DNA of 64,000 bases, taken from the NCBI GenBank assembly GCA_049999805.1, contig JBNGIO010005973.1, positions 66,877-130,876 on the forward strand, written 5' to 3'. Positions 12,617 to 24,694 of this stretch are shown piece after piece; position 1 is the first letter of the stretch; every line of letters begins with the position of its first letter. A program made the position numbers and the translations under genes. This DNA comes from Folioceros fuciformis. Its lineage: Eukaryota. A model generated the notes under the pieces. The model saw nothing but the letters and a program-made list of their open reading frames with translations. It was not told the DNA's origin and ran no database searches.

Positions 12617-13825
12617 CTATTCCGGAATGCCTTGAAACAACTTTACTCTTTCCTTCACCACGTCCCTGCGAGCAAGTGCAATCTTGTTGGTAGGGTCGAA
12701 CTGCAATGCTTCTTGGTAAGCTTTCAAAGCCTTCTTGTAATCCTTCTTCTTCTCGTACGCGTCCCCAAGGTTATTCCAAGCCTTGACATATCCCGGTTGC
12801 AGCTTCACGGCCTTCTCATACTGAACAAGAGCAGCATCCACCTCGTCATCGCTGTATAGGGAGAAGCCAAGGGCATTGTAGACCTGCAGGCGATCACATC
12901 TGTAAGCACGCACTATCCAAAAGTGAAGCTCCATTCTCACACGAACTGCAGAAGAAGGGGAACTCGCCTGTGCCAGATCCTGATCGTCACCATCCCACTT
13001 CTTGATGGCCTGCTCCAGATACTTGTTAGCAGTCGAATACAGCTTCTTCCTCAAAAAGATTGCTCCCAGCTCATAGTATTCTTCCGAGCTCGCCTCACCA
13101 CTTCGCACTCGATCCTACACGAAGCACGGAACCTCAGAGGAATATCACCCTGAATCCAAGCAACACCATCACCATGTTCATCAAACTCTTCCATCCAGAA
13201 CTACCTGCAGCTCTTTGGCAGCTGTCTCCAGCTCTCTGCGCACAAGCACCTGCCGAACCACCAGGAAAGTTCCCACTCCAAGAAACAGCAACAGCAGGCC
13301 GAGGTAGATCAGCTGCACTCCGACCTCCAACAATGCACCCACTTCTCCGTATACCTCGTTCGGCTGCCCTAACGCGCCAGCAAGGGCAGGCCCTGCCCAT
13401 CCCACCAACGCCGGCGCACCAGCCAGCACTGGGAATGCCAGCTCCAGGCACCTGGAGGAGAGATGCTTACTGCCATCCCCCATAAATGCTGCCATCCACC
13501 CCACTCCCTCCCCATCATCAGACCATCCCATCCTCCCCATCCATTGCCCCAGCGCCCTCACCTCCTTCCGGGCCACCGCCAACTCATTCCCTGCCGCCAC
13601 GTGAAGCAGGGAAAATTCCCCGCTCCCTCGCCGGCAGCTCCATGCACGCAGGTGCAGCCGGTCCGTGAAGGAGGAAGAGGAAGACGAGCATCCGCAGTCG
13701 AATCCGCCATCACGGTCTGAGCGCAAGGCCACACCCAGGAGCCTGGGTGCAGAATGCTGCGACGAAGCTGCGGAGAATCCGAGCGAGGAGCAGGAGGCCC
13801 AAGCCGGGGATGCGGCGGCAGCCAT
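12617..13825 (-). CDS. PYG7: Chloroplast TPR protein PYG7/Ycf37-like (photosystem I biogenesis), exons 13825-13205, 13114-12968, 12883-12617
   Basis: Transit peptide, TM helix followed by [18 protein letters not shown], then TPR motifs ([32 protein letters not shown]). Intron 2 is GC-AG. Confidence 0.88.
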
Positions 13826-14267
13826 GGCTCATGGTGAGGCTTGAAGGAGAAATCCGGGCGAGATCAGGACAGGCTTTTAAAAAAAAAAAGGCCTTGCAAG
13901 TAGGAGGCAGAAAGGCAGAGGACAGCCTTGAAGTCAGGTTTGCAGGCAGGCCCCGTGCAGCGTTGGACGGATTTGCAAGGCGATGACGTCGTCCTTATTG
14001 CGTGTTGGGGAAAAAAAGGTGTTGCGGCCCTGCACGGGACGCTGCGTACAGGAGCTTGACCCCACATCATCTATAAACCGTCCCAAGGAACCTGAGGCTG
14101 TGGGCAGTAGCAGCAAGGCAGGTTGGTGTGGGCTTGGCCTCCCTGTGGGCTGGTCGAGAGGATATCTACTTCCCTCGACAGTCCTGGGTTTGGGGTGGAT
14201 TTCTGGTGTGGGGGCTTGGGATTTGTGTGGTGTGCCATAGAGTGGGCGCCTGCAGAAAGTGGAAGAC

Positions 14268-15930
14268 ATGGCTGACCGGTCGGAGGCGGGTGCGTGGGAT
14301 ACTTGGGTTGCCAAGATCAAGTCCAACGTGGAGGTGAAGAGCAAGACCATCCTGCAGGAAATCAGCGGGTCGTTGGGTGATTTGGGCACCTTTGTGCCCA
14401 TTGTTCTGGCGTTGGCTTTGGTGAACAATCTGGATCTGGGCACCACGCTCATCTTCACTGGGCTGTACAACGTCATCACAGGATGCCTGTTCGGGGTGCC
14501 CATGCCCGTGCAGCCCATGAAGTCCATAGCTGCGGTAGCCATCACGGAGGGGAACCCGCTCACAATTCCTCAGATCATGGCGGCCGGTGAGATTTTTTCT
14601 TTTTCCCCTGTTCGGGTGGTGCATGTCTGTTCTACACTGATGTGGTCTGGACGCTGATGGAGGACGATGTGGGTTCTAGGGTTGTCCACGGCGTTTGTGC
14701 TCCTGTTTCTGGGCATCACGGGGTTGATGAGCTGGGTGCAGTGGCTGGTGCCGGTTTCTGTGGTTCGAGGAATCCAGCTTTCGCAGGGCCTCAGCTTCGG
14801 GTCTACTGCTGTGAAGTATATGCTGAATGACCAGAACTTCGCCACCGGGAAGTCTCCTGGAGCTCGGCCGTGGTTGGGCTTGGATGGGATGGTGCTGGCC
14901 CTTGTGGGCTTCTCGTTTGTTGTGCTAGCTGTGGGAGCTGGAGGCAGCAGACAGAGCTGCAACCCTGGAAGTGCGAGTGAGCACCACCAGGTGAGGCATG
15001 TGCAGCAGCGCATTGGCAGGTTTCTTGGAGAAGAGGATGCTGAGCAGCAAGGGGAAGGAAGGAGGGATCCCTCTGTCGCCGCTCCTCTTCTGCCAACCAG
15101 TGCTCCTGCTGGACAGATTGAGCAACAGAGCTATGTGGTCCCAGCGGCTCTCATAGTCTTCCTGCTCGGGGTTGTTCTTGCTTTTGTCCGTGATCCCAGC
15201 ATCTTCAGTGCACTGACGTTTGGTCCCTCCAGCATGAAGGCAAGACACTGCCTTCTTCCACCGATCCATCTGCACCCATTGTCTGTCACATCTTGCTCCG
15301 CTCTTTGAAGTACTAACAAGCGTCTTGCTCTCTCTTCCTATCCCTTCTCAGGTGGTCAACATATCCTGGAGCGACTGGAAGACCGGGTTTCTGAGGGGAG
15401 CTATCCCACAGCTCCCTCTCAGTGTCCTCAACTCAGTGATTGCAGTGGTGAAGCTGTCAGAGGATCTCTTTCCCCTCAAAACCGATGTCACGGCCTTCGC
15501 CGTCTCAACGTCAGTGGGGCTGATGAACATTGTAGGGTGCTGGTTTGGAGCCATGCCAGTCTGCCATGGGGCTGGAGGACTGGCTGGGCAGTACAGATTT
15601 GGTGCTAACAGCGGCCTGTCAGTTGTGATTCTGGGAACAGCCAAGCTGTTGATCGGTCTGGTTCTGGGGAGCTCCCTGGTGCAGATTCTGGCAATGTTTC
15701 CAATCGGTCTGCTCGGGGTGCTTCTCCTGTTCGCTGGAGTAGAGCTGGCTATGGCGTGCAGGGACCAGAACACTAGGCTCGATGCCTTTATCATGCTTGT
15801 TACAGCAGTGGTCTCAAGCACCACGTCAGCAGCTCAGGGCTTTATAGCTGGCATTTACTTGGTTATCCTCCTCAACTTGCGATCAGGAGACTTGGACCTG
15901 AGGAAGCTCTATCGGAGGAGTCCAGGTTGA
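14268..15930 (+). CDS. Molybdate transporter (MOT1 family), exons 14268-14586, 14680-15239, 15352-15930
   Basis: EISGSLGDLGTFVP, FGVPMPVQPMKSIAAVA, GAIPQLPLSVLNSVIAV and FGAMPVCHGAGGLAGQYRFG are MOT1-family motifs. Confidence 0.92.
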
Positions 15931-17030
15931 TGTGGGTCGTTTCAGACCAGGTTCTCCTCTAATTCTCTTCTACACAACGGTGAGTAAGCATAGAGCAGTG
16001 GGTACACTCCCCTACTACTACTACATAGCTACCTTTGAGCAGCAGTGGCTACTGGAGACTTCCACACTCCGTCCCACGATCACTGCTTACCTATCTTCTA
16101 CTAGAAGCGATGCGTCCGGCAAAGATTCAAAATAGGTACATATCGTCTATGAATCGATGAGAATTCATCGGTTGGTCCACCTTTTGGGCAAGGATCTGCG
16201 TGTGGCATCTATGGAGTACTGCAACAGAAGCAAAATTAATGAAAATATAGAGGTGTTCGACAATGGCATCTGCGAGTTTGTAATACAATGTCGATTGTGA
16301 ACGACATATGTTATGAAGTAAACTTTGCTTTACACGACACCAGCCAGAGGAGTAGTGCAGTTTTAACATACGATTCTCAAGTCAAATGCACTAATATTGT
16401 ATAACACATGTCTATCAAAGCACAGTACTAAAATATCACAACACGTAACTCCCAAACCTATGTGCTAAAAATTGACAACGCTTGTTTCACAACTCAATGC
16501 GATGGAAGTTCAACACTTGATTGGCAGCTACCGCAGTAAAAGCTGACAACACTTGATTCTCAGCGACGCGCGTTCGCAAAACTTGATTTTCAACTCAAAG
16601 CAGTACAAGTTCACAACACTTGACTCTCCAATCAAATATAAATCGACAACCCTTTTTTCAAATCAATGCACGGTAAGCCAAAAGCTTGTACAAGAGATTT
16701 ACAAATGGCGAAGAAGGCAAAAGGACTTCGCCATACGAAGAGGACCCTCCTGACTGACACACTCGCCACAACGCGGAGAAGCGAAAAAGCTAAACCCTGC
16801 TCCCCAGATCCGTGAAATGAAAACCCTAGAGACAATAAGCGGCTCCAACCACAAGAGGCTCCATCACGCCAGATCCAACTCCACAGACGACGAAGCACGA
16901 TACAGCATCATGCCTGCACGTTCGCCCACTCTGCACATCCTACCCGACCGTGAGCCCCATGGATTCACTTCCCTCACCACCTCAAAACAACCGAATAACT
17001 CTCAGGTTCACTCACCAACTTTGACCTAAA

Positions 17031-17465
17031 TCACTTCAATCTCCCTCTGAGCTTCACGCCCAGCACACGCTCCATCTTCGAGAGCACCTGCTGATTCGGC
17101 ACTGCCTTGCCAGACTCGTACTCCTGCACCACCTTAGGCTGCTCGTTGATCTGCTGCGCCAGTTGCGCTTGCGTCAGCTTCTTATCGATCCTGGCCTTTT
17201 GGATGGCATGGCGTACCTCGGAGGGCACTTTCTCCAGGGACCCGGGCTCCGTCTCTTCATCGAGCTTGCGTGCGTTGACGGACACGGACGCCTCCTTCTT
17301 ATTTGTGCCGGCATCGAACTTCTTGATGGTCAGGACATCGGCACCGGCCCTGATGGCCGCATTCACAGCCTTTGGGTCACGCGAGTCCGAAGCCTTGGCT
17401 CCTCTCTTGTGCACCACCACAGGAGTCCAGTCTTGGTCGAAAGGGCCGCTTGACCTGTTTGGCAT
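17031..17465 (-). CDS. MBF1c: Multiprotein bridging factor 1c, intronless
   Basis: QDWTPVVVHK, KKFDAGTNKK, NARKLDEETE and the HTH region LTQAQLAQQINEQPKVVQEYESGKAVPN. ATG at 17465. Confidence 0.92.
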   Translation of the reverse strand: MPNRSSGPFDQDWTPVVVHKRGAKASDSRDPKAVNAAIRAGADVLTIKKFDAGTNKKEASVSVNARKLDEETEPGSLEKVPSEVRHAIQKARIDKKLTQAQLAQQINEQPKVVQEYESGKAVPNQQVLSKMERVLGVKLRGRLK

Positions 17466-18054
17466 CCCTGCTCGCCGAACTAACCCCTTCTTTCTCCGAA
17501 GGGATTCCTTGCCTTCCAAACCCCAAGTCTACTTCTCTTCTCTAGCACGTCACCCTGGCTCTCTTCACGATCCACCTTCCACAGCCTTTGCTTCTCTCAA
17601 ACCCACACGCCTCCCGGACCCTTGTGGCTCTCCTTTGCGCTACTCAGAAAGCGTGTCCGGCAAGTCCGCTTATATCACCGGAACTTGCTCCCCTCCGAAG
17701 TTGCGCGCAACCTTCCGATATTCCAACACATTCCAGGCTCTTCTTTTCCAAGGGGTACTGCAACTTATATGTACTTATACGCTGGACATTTAAAGATACA
17801 GTAATATTTTTCTAAAAAGGATTAGAAATATTATATTATTATTATTATCTCTAGTTCTAAAAAACAATAAATAATAATTTAACTCACATAGCGAAGTGTA
17901 CCTACTCGAAAGCACCGAATTCAGGACAGAAGTGGTGTATCCTGAGGACCCTAAGNNNNNNNNNNATGTGCATAGGGTGGGAAACTCGAATGTGAACACA
18001 TACCACCCTAGACGGCCTAAGCTTTGGTTACGAACAAAGCCCGGATCTACTTGT

Positions 18055-18754
18055 TCACAATTCACTCTTCTTGCTCAACAGCTTGGCCAGCTTCCCATTG
18101 TGGTGACCCTCCACAGTGTCTGCACACAACCATCGGTCTAGTGTGAAGTTGAACTCGGACGAGCGGTACCTGGAACAGCATCGGAAGCATTCGACGGCAT
18201 AATCTGAGTCCGGGAGGTACCGTCGGAGCCACCAATGTGCTTGCCGTGGACGAAGACTTGGGGAACAGTGCGGCGTCCCACCAGCTCACTCAGCGCTCTC
18301 TGGATGTCCCAACCATCCTCTATTGATATGCGGACAGGTTAGGCTGCGAAAAGATTGGAAAGACGAAACTGCGGGATGAAGAAACAAACCTCGCTCATCG
18401 AGCTCCACCACGAACGGCGTCTGGTGCAACTCGTGGAACACGGATTTAGCCCGCTTGCAATAGCTGCCAGCCAGAAGAGAAGCTTAGATTAGGGCACGGA
18501 AGCGGCCAGGGGAGCACCCGCTTGCCCCGTCGTTGCTATGGTTTGGATCTCATCTTTTGCTGGAGCTCACAGGTGCAAGAAGACCAGGTTGAAACTCACG
18601 GACAGTAAGACTTGGAGAAGATGACGACGGGGTGACCATGGACCACTCTCTTTACGAACGCGCTGGCTGTCTCCGCTGACGCCATGCTGCATTGGTGAAG
18701 CACCACCATGTGCACCGCGAGCAGGGGCACAAGCCACGGCTTCCGCCCCGCCAT
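18055..18754 (-). CDS. Class I (CPYC) glutaredoxin with signal peptide, GRXC3/C4-like; exons 18754-18600, 18463-18390, 18319-18221, 18119-18055
   Basis: Hand-spliced: [15 protein letters not shown]...[19 protein letters not shown]...ELDEREDG...[20 protein letters not shown]...KKSEL*. All three introns are GT-AG and in phase. Not captured by the ORF track. Confidence 0.92.
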
Positions 18755-19001
18755 CGGACCGGTGATTACCCTTCTGTGCAGAAAACGATCCTACAGTCGG
18801 AAGTTTGGTATTTATACAAAAAGGTACAGGTTTGACCTAGGTTGTATGTTTTGAACACTGTCACCGACACTCGAAAGGATTCGCTACCACTAGAGCATCA
18901 AAGACCACGATGGTGTTGGTCTCCAGACCTCTCCGGGGAAATGAATTGGTCAATCAGGGCCTCTCAATTGATGGATGAATGGACCTCTACAATTTGCAAA
19001 A

Positions 19002-20538
19002 CTACTTCCCGATCACATTAATCCTAACTTGGGCAATGACTTCAGGATGCAACTTGATCTCAGCCACGTACTGTCCTACTTCACGGATCTCTGGAACAGT
19101 GATGATCCTCTTGTCGATATCTCTGCACACGTACAAGGAACAAGTCTTGAGCAACCAGACATGGGCGTAGGGTTGCAAGACGACGCATCGCTTGTGAGAA
19201 TTGGATGAAAGAAACCTGGCAGTGTTTGCCTTGATGATGTCCGAAATATCCTGGGAAGTGACCCTGAAGGATCACGGTAGAGAGCGTCAGTACTTGAAGT
19301 CGATCATCAAATACCTATGACATGGACATGACTGTAGCACACTTACGATCCAAAGATCTGCTTCCCCACTCCAGCTTTACGTTGAACTTTGAAGCCCCCA
19401 ATGGTTTGGAATTGCCTGGCAATGGTTTCTGCTTCTTGCTTTATCTGCAGTAACCAAACGGCACTCGACTGTTTAGCATCACATCTTGCCCCAATCCTCC
19501 TGACAGCATGCCCGAAGTGCACAATGATAATACCGCACCCTTTGCCTTTCAGCCTCCTCCTTCTCTTTCTCCAATTTAATAGCCCTGCCAGCACAAAACG
19601 ATTCCCATGTTTGAGCCCTCTGTATCCTGGTATCTCTCCTTGTCCAGCGACCTGTTCTCCACAGAGTTTCGAGACACCCCTTACTTCAAAATGTCAGGAG
19701 TTGCCATCTTGGCTTTCCCGAGAGGATAAAGAAAGTTTCGAAAGTAGCCTGGTTTGACGGCCAATAGCTCACCGCTCTTTCCAAGATTTGCAACATCTTG
19801 AGTCAAGACAATCTGCACATGCACAGACCGAGAGACACTGTAAACTACCACCAAGCCCTCGTCATCGTCGTCATAGTTCAGTCACTATGGAAAAAACTTT
19901 ACCTGCCGTCTCTTTTGCACCTTCTTGTTGGCAGTAACCACTAGTCTCTGGTAGGGGATCGCGACACTGGTTGAAAAACCAGACTTCACCTGTGCAGTGC
20001 GATTCACAATGAGTTCTTGCGATGCATGTAGAAACGAAAGCACAGAATATGAATGAAATAGGTCTCCAGATTGTTCACAAATGCGCGTGCCACACTCACA
20101 AACATGCATCGATCCCAACCACACTGCCACGACTTCTGGAATGCCAGATAGCATCCCGCCCCAGAGAGCGGAAATAATGGGAAAAGACGTTATTCGTTCC
20201 ATTGTATGCTATCAGAAACAGGATGCTCCCAACCGCAATCCCAATGATGAGACTGTACACGAGCCTGCTCAAGTTAGCCACAAGTATAACTGCGCGTTTC
20301 CTTGTCCGACCATTCAAAACAGCACGCCCCCGAGACGGCACCGTCAAGTTGCCTGTAATGCGTGAGGCAGAGCGAGAGGCCATGCCACTTTCTGGCGAAG
20401 AGATCACAGAAAAGGAAAACGAAACACTTCAGGAGACCTCGACACACTTACGGAGACGGCATTTTGGACTCGCAAGCCCTCGTAAGACGGGAAAACCATG
20501 GCGGGGCAGGCTGAGGCAGCCAAAGTCGCGGCCTCCAT
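19002..20538 (-). CDS. RPL9: Plastid 50S ribosomal protein L9 (7 exons)
   Basis: Hand-spliced: transit peptide MEAATLAAS..., [68 protein letters not shown]. Confidence 0.92.
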
Positions 20539-20699
20539 GGCTCTTCAGCTTGTCCTGAGCTCGCAGAGGTGGCAACTCCGTCACACACAGTTGCATTCCT
20601 GTCCTCACCGCAGCCTTCCCCGAATCGTCTAAGGCTATAAGTATCGGATAGATAGCGGGATAGAATCGGGAATGAAACGGAAGAGTCTTTGATCCTGAT

Positions 20700-20707
20700 T
20701 AGGGTTT
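20700..20707 (-). promoter_or_regulatory. Telo-box (AAACCCTA) in the 258-bp divergent spacer between RPL9 and the NFD6-like/ferredoxin locus
   Basis: TAGGGTTT on the + strand. Telo-boxes are typical of plant translation-related promoters. Confidence 0.5.
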
Positions 20708-20796
20708 TAGGCCTACAGTGTAGCGCGAGCTTGAACTGCGGCATCGGCAGCAGCAGAATCTTAGACTGCGTCGGGATCTCTGGGACGGATCGAGCT

Positions 20797-21392
20797 ATGG
20801 CGGCTGTCGTGAGGCGAGCGGCGTCGAGGTCGGTTCTGGCCGCAGCCAGGTCTGCCGTGCGGGGTTGGCACTCTTCTGTTGGATTGGAGGCCCAGGCTAT
20901 CGATGCTGCCCCAAGGAGAGCGGCTGGAAGAGCTGCTTCTGAGTTTGCTGCACCGTCCGGCTCCCCCGGGTCTTTTGTCCAAGGAGCAAGAAGCAGCTTG
21001 CCACGGATTGCGTGTGCGCAGTCCCTGCTTCCTTTGCACAGCGCCATGGCTGCGGCTCGGCTTGTGTCCCGCCTCGGTGCCAGTTCCTTCTCCGAGCAGG
21101 CCGTATTAGACGGTATGTCCCTGCTCTGGTTCTTTCGTAATTAGGTTTTGTGTAGAGGGTCTTTTCTTGTGAATCGTTATCCTTCATCGGTAGACAGCCT
21201 GCATTGATTGAAAGCGTAATGTCTTAGCTTGTTAGTTGATGGACCTAGCAGGCAGCGTGTCGTCTGTGAGCGTGGCAATGTCACTGGTACTTGGATCGGA
21301 CCAGTGTTTGCCTTAGGGGTGGGGGCGAGTGGGTAATTGATTTACTTCATTATGATGCAAGTGCAGGGTCATGGATTTCTGAAGATGTATAG
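20797..21392 (+). CDS. NFD6-like small mitochondrial protein (exon 20797-21112 plus a short terminal exon, 21367-21392 or 21650-21663)
   Basis: Arg/Ala/Ser-rich presequence and the family motif CAQSLLPLHSAMAAARLVSRL. The phase-1 donor at 21112/21113 fits downstream acceptors giving GSWISEDV* or GVSL*. Confidence 0.65.
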
Positions 21393-21670
21393 AATGTGAA
21401 AGAGTTGACAGGGATGCCAAATCTCACCAGAGCCAGATGTAGATGATGTGGACTTTTTTGTAGCTGTAAGTCGCTGGCTCATCACATGGAACGCTGCATT
21501 TGAGTCGATCCATCTTCGACTTGTGTAAAGACTGGTTCGTGCCATTTTGTATAAAGGCAGTTGGGTTGCAGAAGCCTGTCCGGTACAATGGCCCAGTCTG
21601 AAATGGACGTGTGTAGTCATACGTATGAAGCTGTGGATCTCACTATCAGGTGTCTCTTTGTGATAACCAG

Positions 21671-22865
21671 CGAACCGTGGCGAGCAGAGGCGCAACATGT
21701 CATCGGGTGGGCAGCCTGGTCCTTGTAATGATGGAGCAAAGGAAACGTTGGTAGCCCCTGTAACCTGTTTGGGAATGACTGTTGAACATCTTTTCGTCTT
21801 CACATCATCAATAGGAGTCTTCATCATCGTTAAGCATTACACTTGTTTGTTGAGTTGTCAAAGTATCTCCATGCTGGGAAGGTGGTGTTGCGCAAGGCTC
21901 TTGCAGATTCACTGGATTCGCTTGCGATGGTGGTAACCATGATATGTCCCGTCCTTGTGTCCGATGGCTTCTCAGAATCTCTGTTACCTTTGTGAACAAA
22001 GACGGGGAGGAGCAAACCGTCAAAGTCCCTGTGGGTACAAGCATGCTGGAAGCTGCTCATGCGAACGACATCGAACTAGAAGGTATCTAATACTTGCAGC
22101 CCTTCGGAGGGCCTGGCCAGCATCACTATTGGGGTGGGATTCTCGCTTCTTTTTTCTCTTTTCCTTGGGGGTGGGATTCTCGCTTTTGCTCGTGGTAACA
22201 TTCGCTGTACAGGTGCCTGTGAGGGATCATTAGCTTGCTCAACTTGCCATGTGATTTTGATGGTATTTCCCATCTCTTTCCTGTTTGGCATGATGCTCTT
22301 TGTGCATATGTGCCGTATGCTCAGTACTCCCATGTGATTTTTGGTTGTTCCGCTGTCGCCGAGTTCGTAAACTATCCTCATTCCTCTCTTACCTGTGAGG
22401 TCTGGGCCTGAAAGAGCTCGAACAGCAAGGAGATGTTTATCAGCTTTGGTTTCATGGATGAAATCCGAGTTAAATCGTGTCCCAACAAGTGTTAAAGCCT
22501 TGCGTCCTTCTCTTCTGTTAAATCTTTCATCTCTGTGCTGATCCGTGCATGTGGATATGATCTCGAAGCAGGATGAAGAGTACTACAACAAATTACCGGA
22601 GCCCTCTGATGAAGAAAATGACATGCTCGACCTTGCCTTCGGCCTCACTGAAACGTAGGCGTCTCGGACGGCAAGCCTTGGTTCAGTCTACCTTGGTCGT
22701 GTCTGTGCAAGCTGTTTGTCTGTTTTAACTCTCCTTAGCTGTCTGTGCAGATCCCGGTTGGGATGCCAAGTCATAGCCAAACCAGAGTTGAATGGAATGC
22801 GGCTTGTCCTCCCTGCGGCTACCCGAAACTTCGCTGTGGACGGTCACGTCCCCAAGCCCCATTAG
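21671..22865 (+). CDS. MFDX: Mitochondrial adrenodoxin-like ferredoxin; exons 21671-21746, 21976-22082, 22213-22262, 22572-22654, 22751-22865 (5' exon probably 20797-21112)
   Basis: [10 protein letters not shown]...[28 protein letters not shown]...[22 protein letters not shown]...[12 protein letters not shown]. The 2Fe-2S cysteines are intact. Confidence 0.92.
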
Positions 22866-23019
22866 CGTCAAGTTTAGGTACTGATGAAAGAATAAAGTTC
22901 CTACGTGATAGCTCTCTAGGTTTCTTACTCTGCAATCCGCCTGGGCAAAACTGGAGTGTGACACAAGAAATGTGAGAACACAAAATTTCGACGTGTTAGG
23001 GACCTACGCCATAAGCGGT

Positions 23020-24381
23020 TCAGTCTCTGGTGGCTTTCCGACTTGTCGTCGCGGTTTCCCTGACCACTCCTGCGGACACCAGAAACTCATCCAGGGTGGA
23101 AAGCGTCCTCATGTCGGCCTCCGGAAACACGACTCGCACTCTCCTAAACAGGTTGAGGATTTGAAGCCAGAAAGGTTCCTCCTTCTCCGGCCGGTGGGTG
23201 ACAAGATCATCCAGAAATGCGAACGCCGCCAGCAAATCGTTCCCGTTGGCAGTAATAGGGGCTGCAAAATGCGCTGGGATAATGCGCTTGAATTTCCAGT
23301 CCTCCACAATGGCGTCCACCCAATCGCGCACCGCATCTGGCGCCTTGTCGAACACCAGCGTCTTGACGATCGGAGACACGATGAGGCGCTTCGAGATCTG
23401 CGAGAACGTGCCTCTGGGCTCCAGCAGATTCGCAGGCCCTAGGAACAATATCTGCAGCACCATCCTCTCCCACCCCCGCTGCCGAGTTCTCGCATTGTCC
23501 ACCAGCGGCTCGTCGGGGATCTCCCGCCCCTGGCTCAGCAGCCGCACGGCCAGGTTGTTCTTGGCCGCGTCCAGCAGCGACTTCCGGCTCACCACCTCGG
23601 GGGGCTCCTTGGGGACCAGGATCACCGCATCCGTCACCAGCAGCGTCTGGCTCCTCCGGTGAAAGAAGGCCACCTCCACGTACGGCCCGATGCCCACGGG
23701 CGAACTCAGAACCTTGAACTCCAGCTCCCCCGCCCACGGCATCTCCGGGTCCCCCTCCTGCAGCTCCCGCGCCCCGAAGATGCCCAGAAACTCCAGCGGG
23801 AGGTCGAGCGGCCAGCTCCACAGCCGCGGAGCCACCCACACCTCCGCCTGCGGGAACTTCCGGGAGAAGGGCCCCACGAAGATCTTGTGCTCGTACGCGA
23901 AGGTGGGCAGCACGATGAAGCCCACCGGCGCCCCGAGCTCCTTCACCAGCCGCACGCACTCCGCCGTGGGCGCGATGGGCGCGTGCACCCACAGCTCCCC
24001 GGATTGCAGCTTGATCACTGTCATCCGCGTGTTGGTGCTCACGCTGGTGAATCCCAGCGCCTGCTGCTGCTCGAACGTCCACACCCGCCCCCGCTCCACC
24101 TCCTTCCGGATCGTCCTCCGCGTCAGGAACGGCCCCAGCGGAAACGGGAACCCCGTGATGTTCACATACCACCTGCCGCCTCCTCCCGCCTCCTCCTCTG
24201 GCTGCGACGCCGCCCTCCACACCTGCCTCCCCCTGCTGCGCCATGTCCGTCCAGGGCCATCCGCTGCAACGTAGCAGGAGGAGCAGCTGCATTCCCCATT
24301 CCCCGCCCCGCGCAAGCTGGCCCGACGCAGAGACGTGGACAAGGCGTGGTGAGGCGCCCACGCCGTTGCCATCGCAGCCAT
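23020..24381 (-). CDS. DUF4336-family chloroplast-targeted protein, intronless
   Basis: Transit peptide; FPFPLGPF..RRTIR, RMTVIKL..GELWVHAPIAPT, EHKIFVGPFSRKFP, IIPAHFAAP. Confidence 0.85.
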   Translation of the reverse strand: MAAMATAWAPHHALSTSLRRASLRGAGNGECSCSSCYVAADGPGRTWRSRGRQVWRAASQPEEEAGGGGRWYVNITGFPFPLGPFLTRRTIRKEVERGRVWTFEQQQALGFTSVSTNTRMTVIKLQSGELWVHAPIAPTAECVRLVKELGAPVGFIVLPTFAYEHKIFVGPFSRKFPQAEVWVAPRLWSWPLDLPLEFLGIFGARELQEGDPEMPWAGELEFKVLSSPVGIGPYVEVAFFHRRSQTLLVTDAVILVPKEPPEVVSRKSLLDAAKNNLAVRLLSQGREIPDEPLVDNARTRQRGWERMVLQILFLGPANLLEPRGTFSQISKRLIVSPIVKTLVFDKAPDAVRDWVDAIVEDWKFKRIIPAHFAAPITANGNDLLAAFAFLDDLVTHRPEKEEPFWLQILNLFRRVRVVFPEADMRTLSTLDEFLVSAGVVRETATTSRKATRD

Positions 24382-24694
24382 CCCCGCTTGCGACAGGAGC
24401 CAACAAAGCCTCGTCGACTGGCTCCTCGTGTCGTGAGGTCTTTCTTCCTCACAAACTCGACCCACAATTCGTCCATAGCTGACCCACCCCATGATTGATC
24501 CAACCGATCACCTTCCCTTACCGCGCTTGCTCAGTTGGCTGAGCACCGGGTTAATACTTCCGAGGTCTAAGGGTCGAACCTCCCTACGGCACCTCCAATT
24601 CCCGTCCACCCTGCTCTGTACAGCAGATTATGATCCCGTGAGGGGTTTGGGTGGCCGACGAGGTCCCTCTCCCTCTCTCAGCATACTCTTCTCT

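Noticed and set aside
20096-20407. 103-aa ORF with a hydrophobic segment
   Set aside because: Lies inside RPL9 intron 1 (19990-20451) with no recognisable homology.
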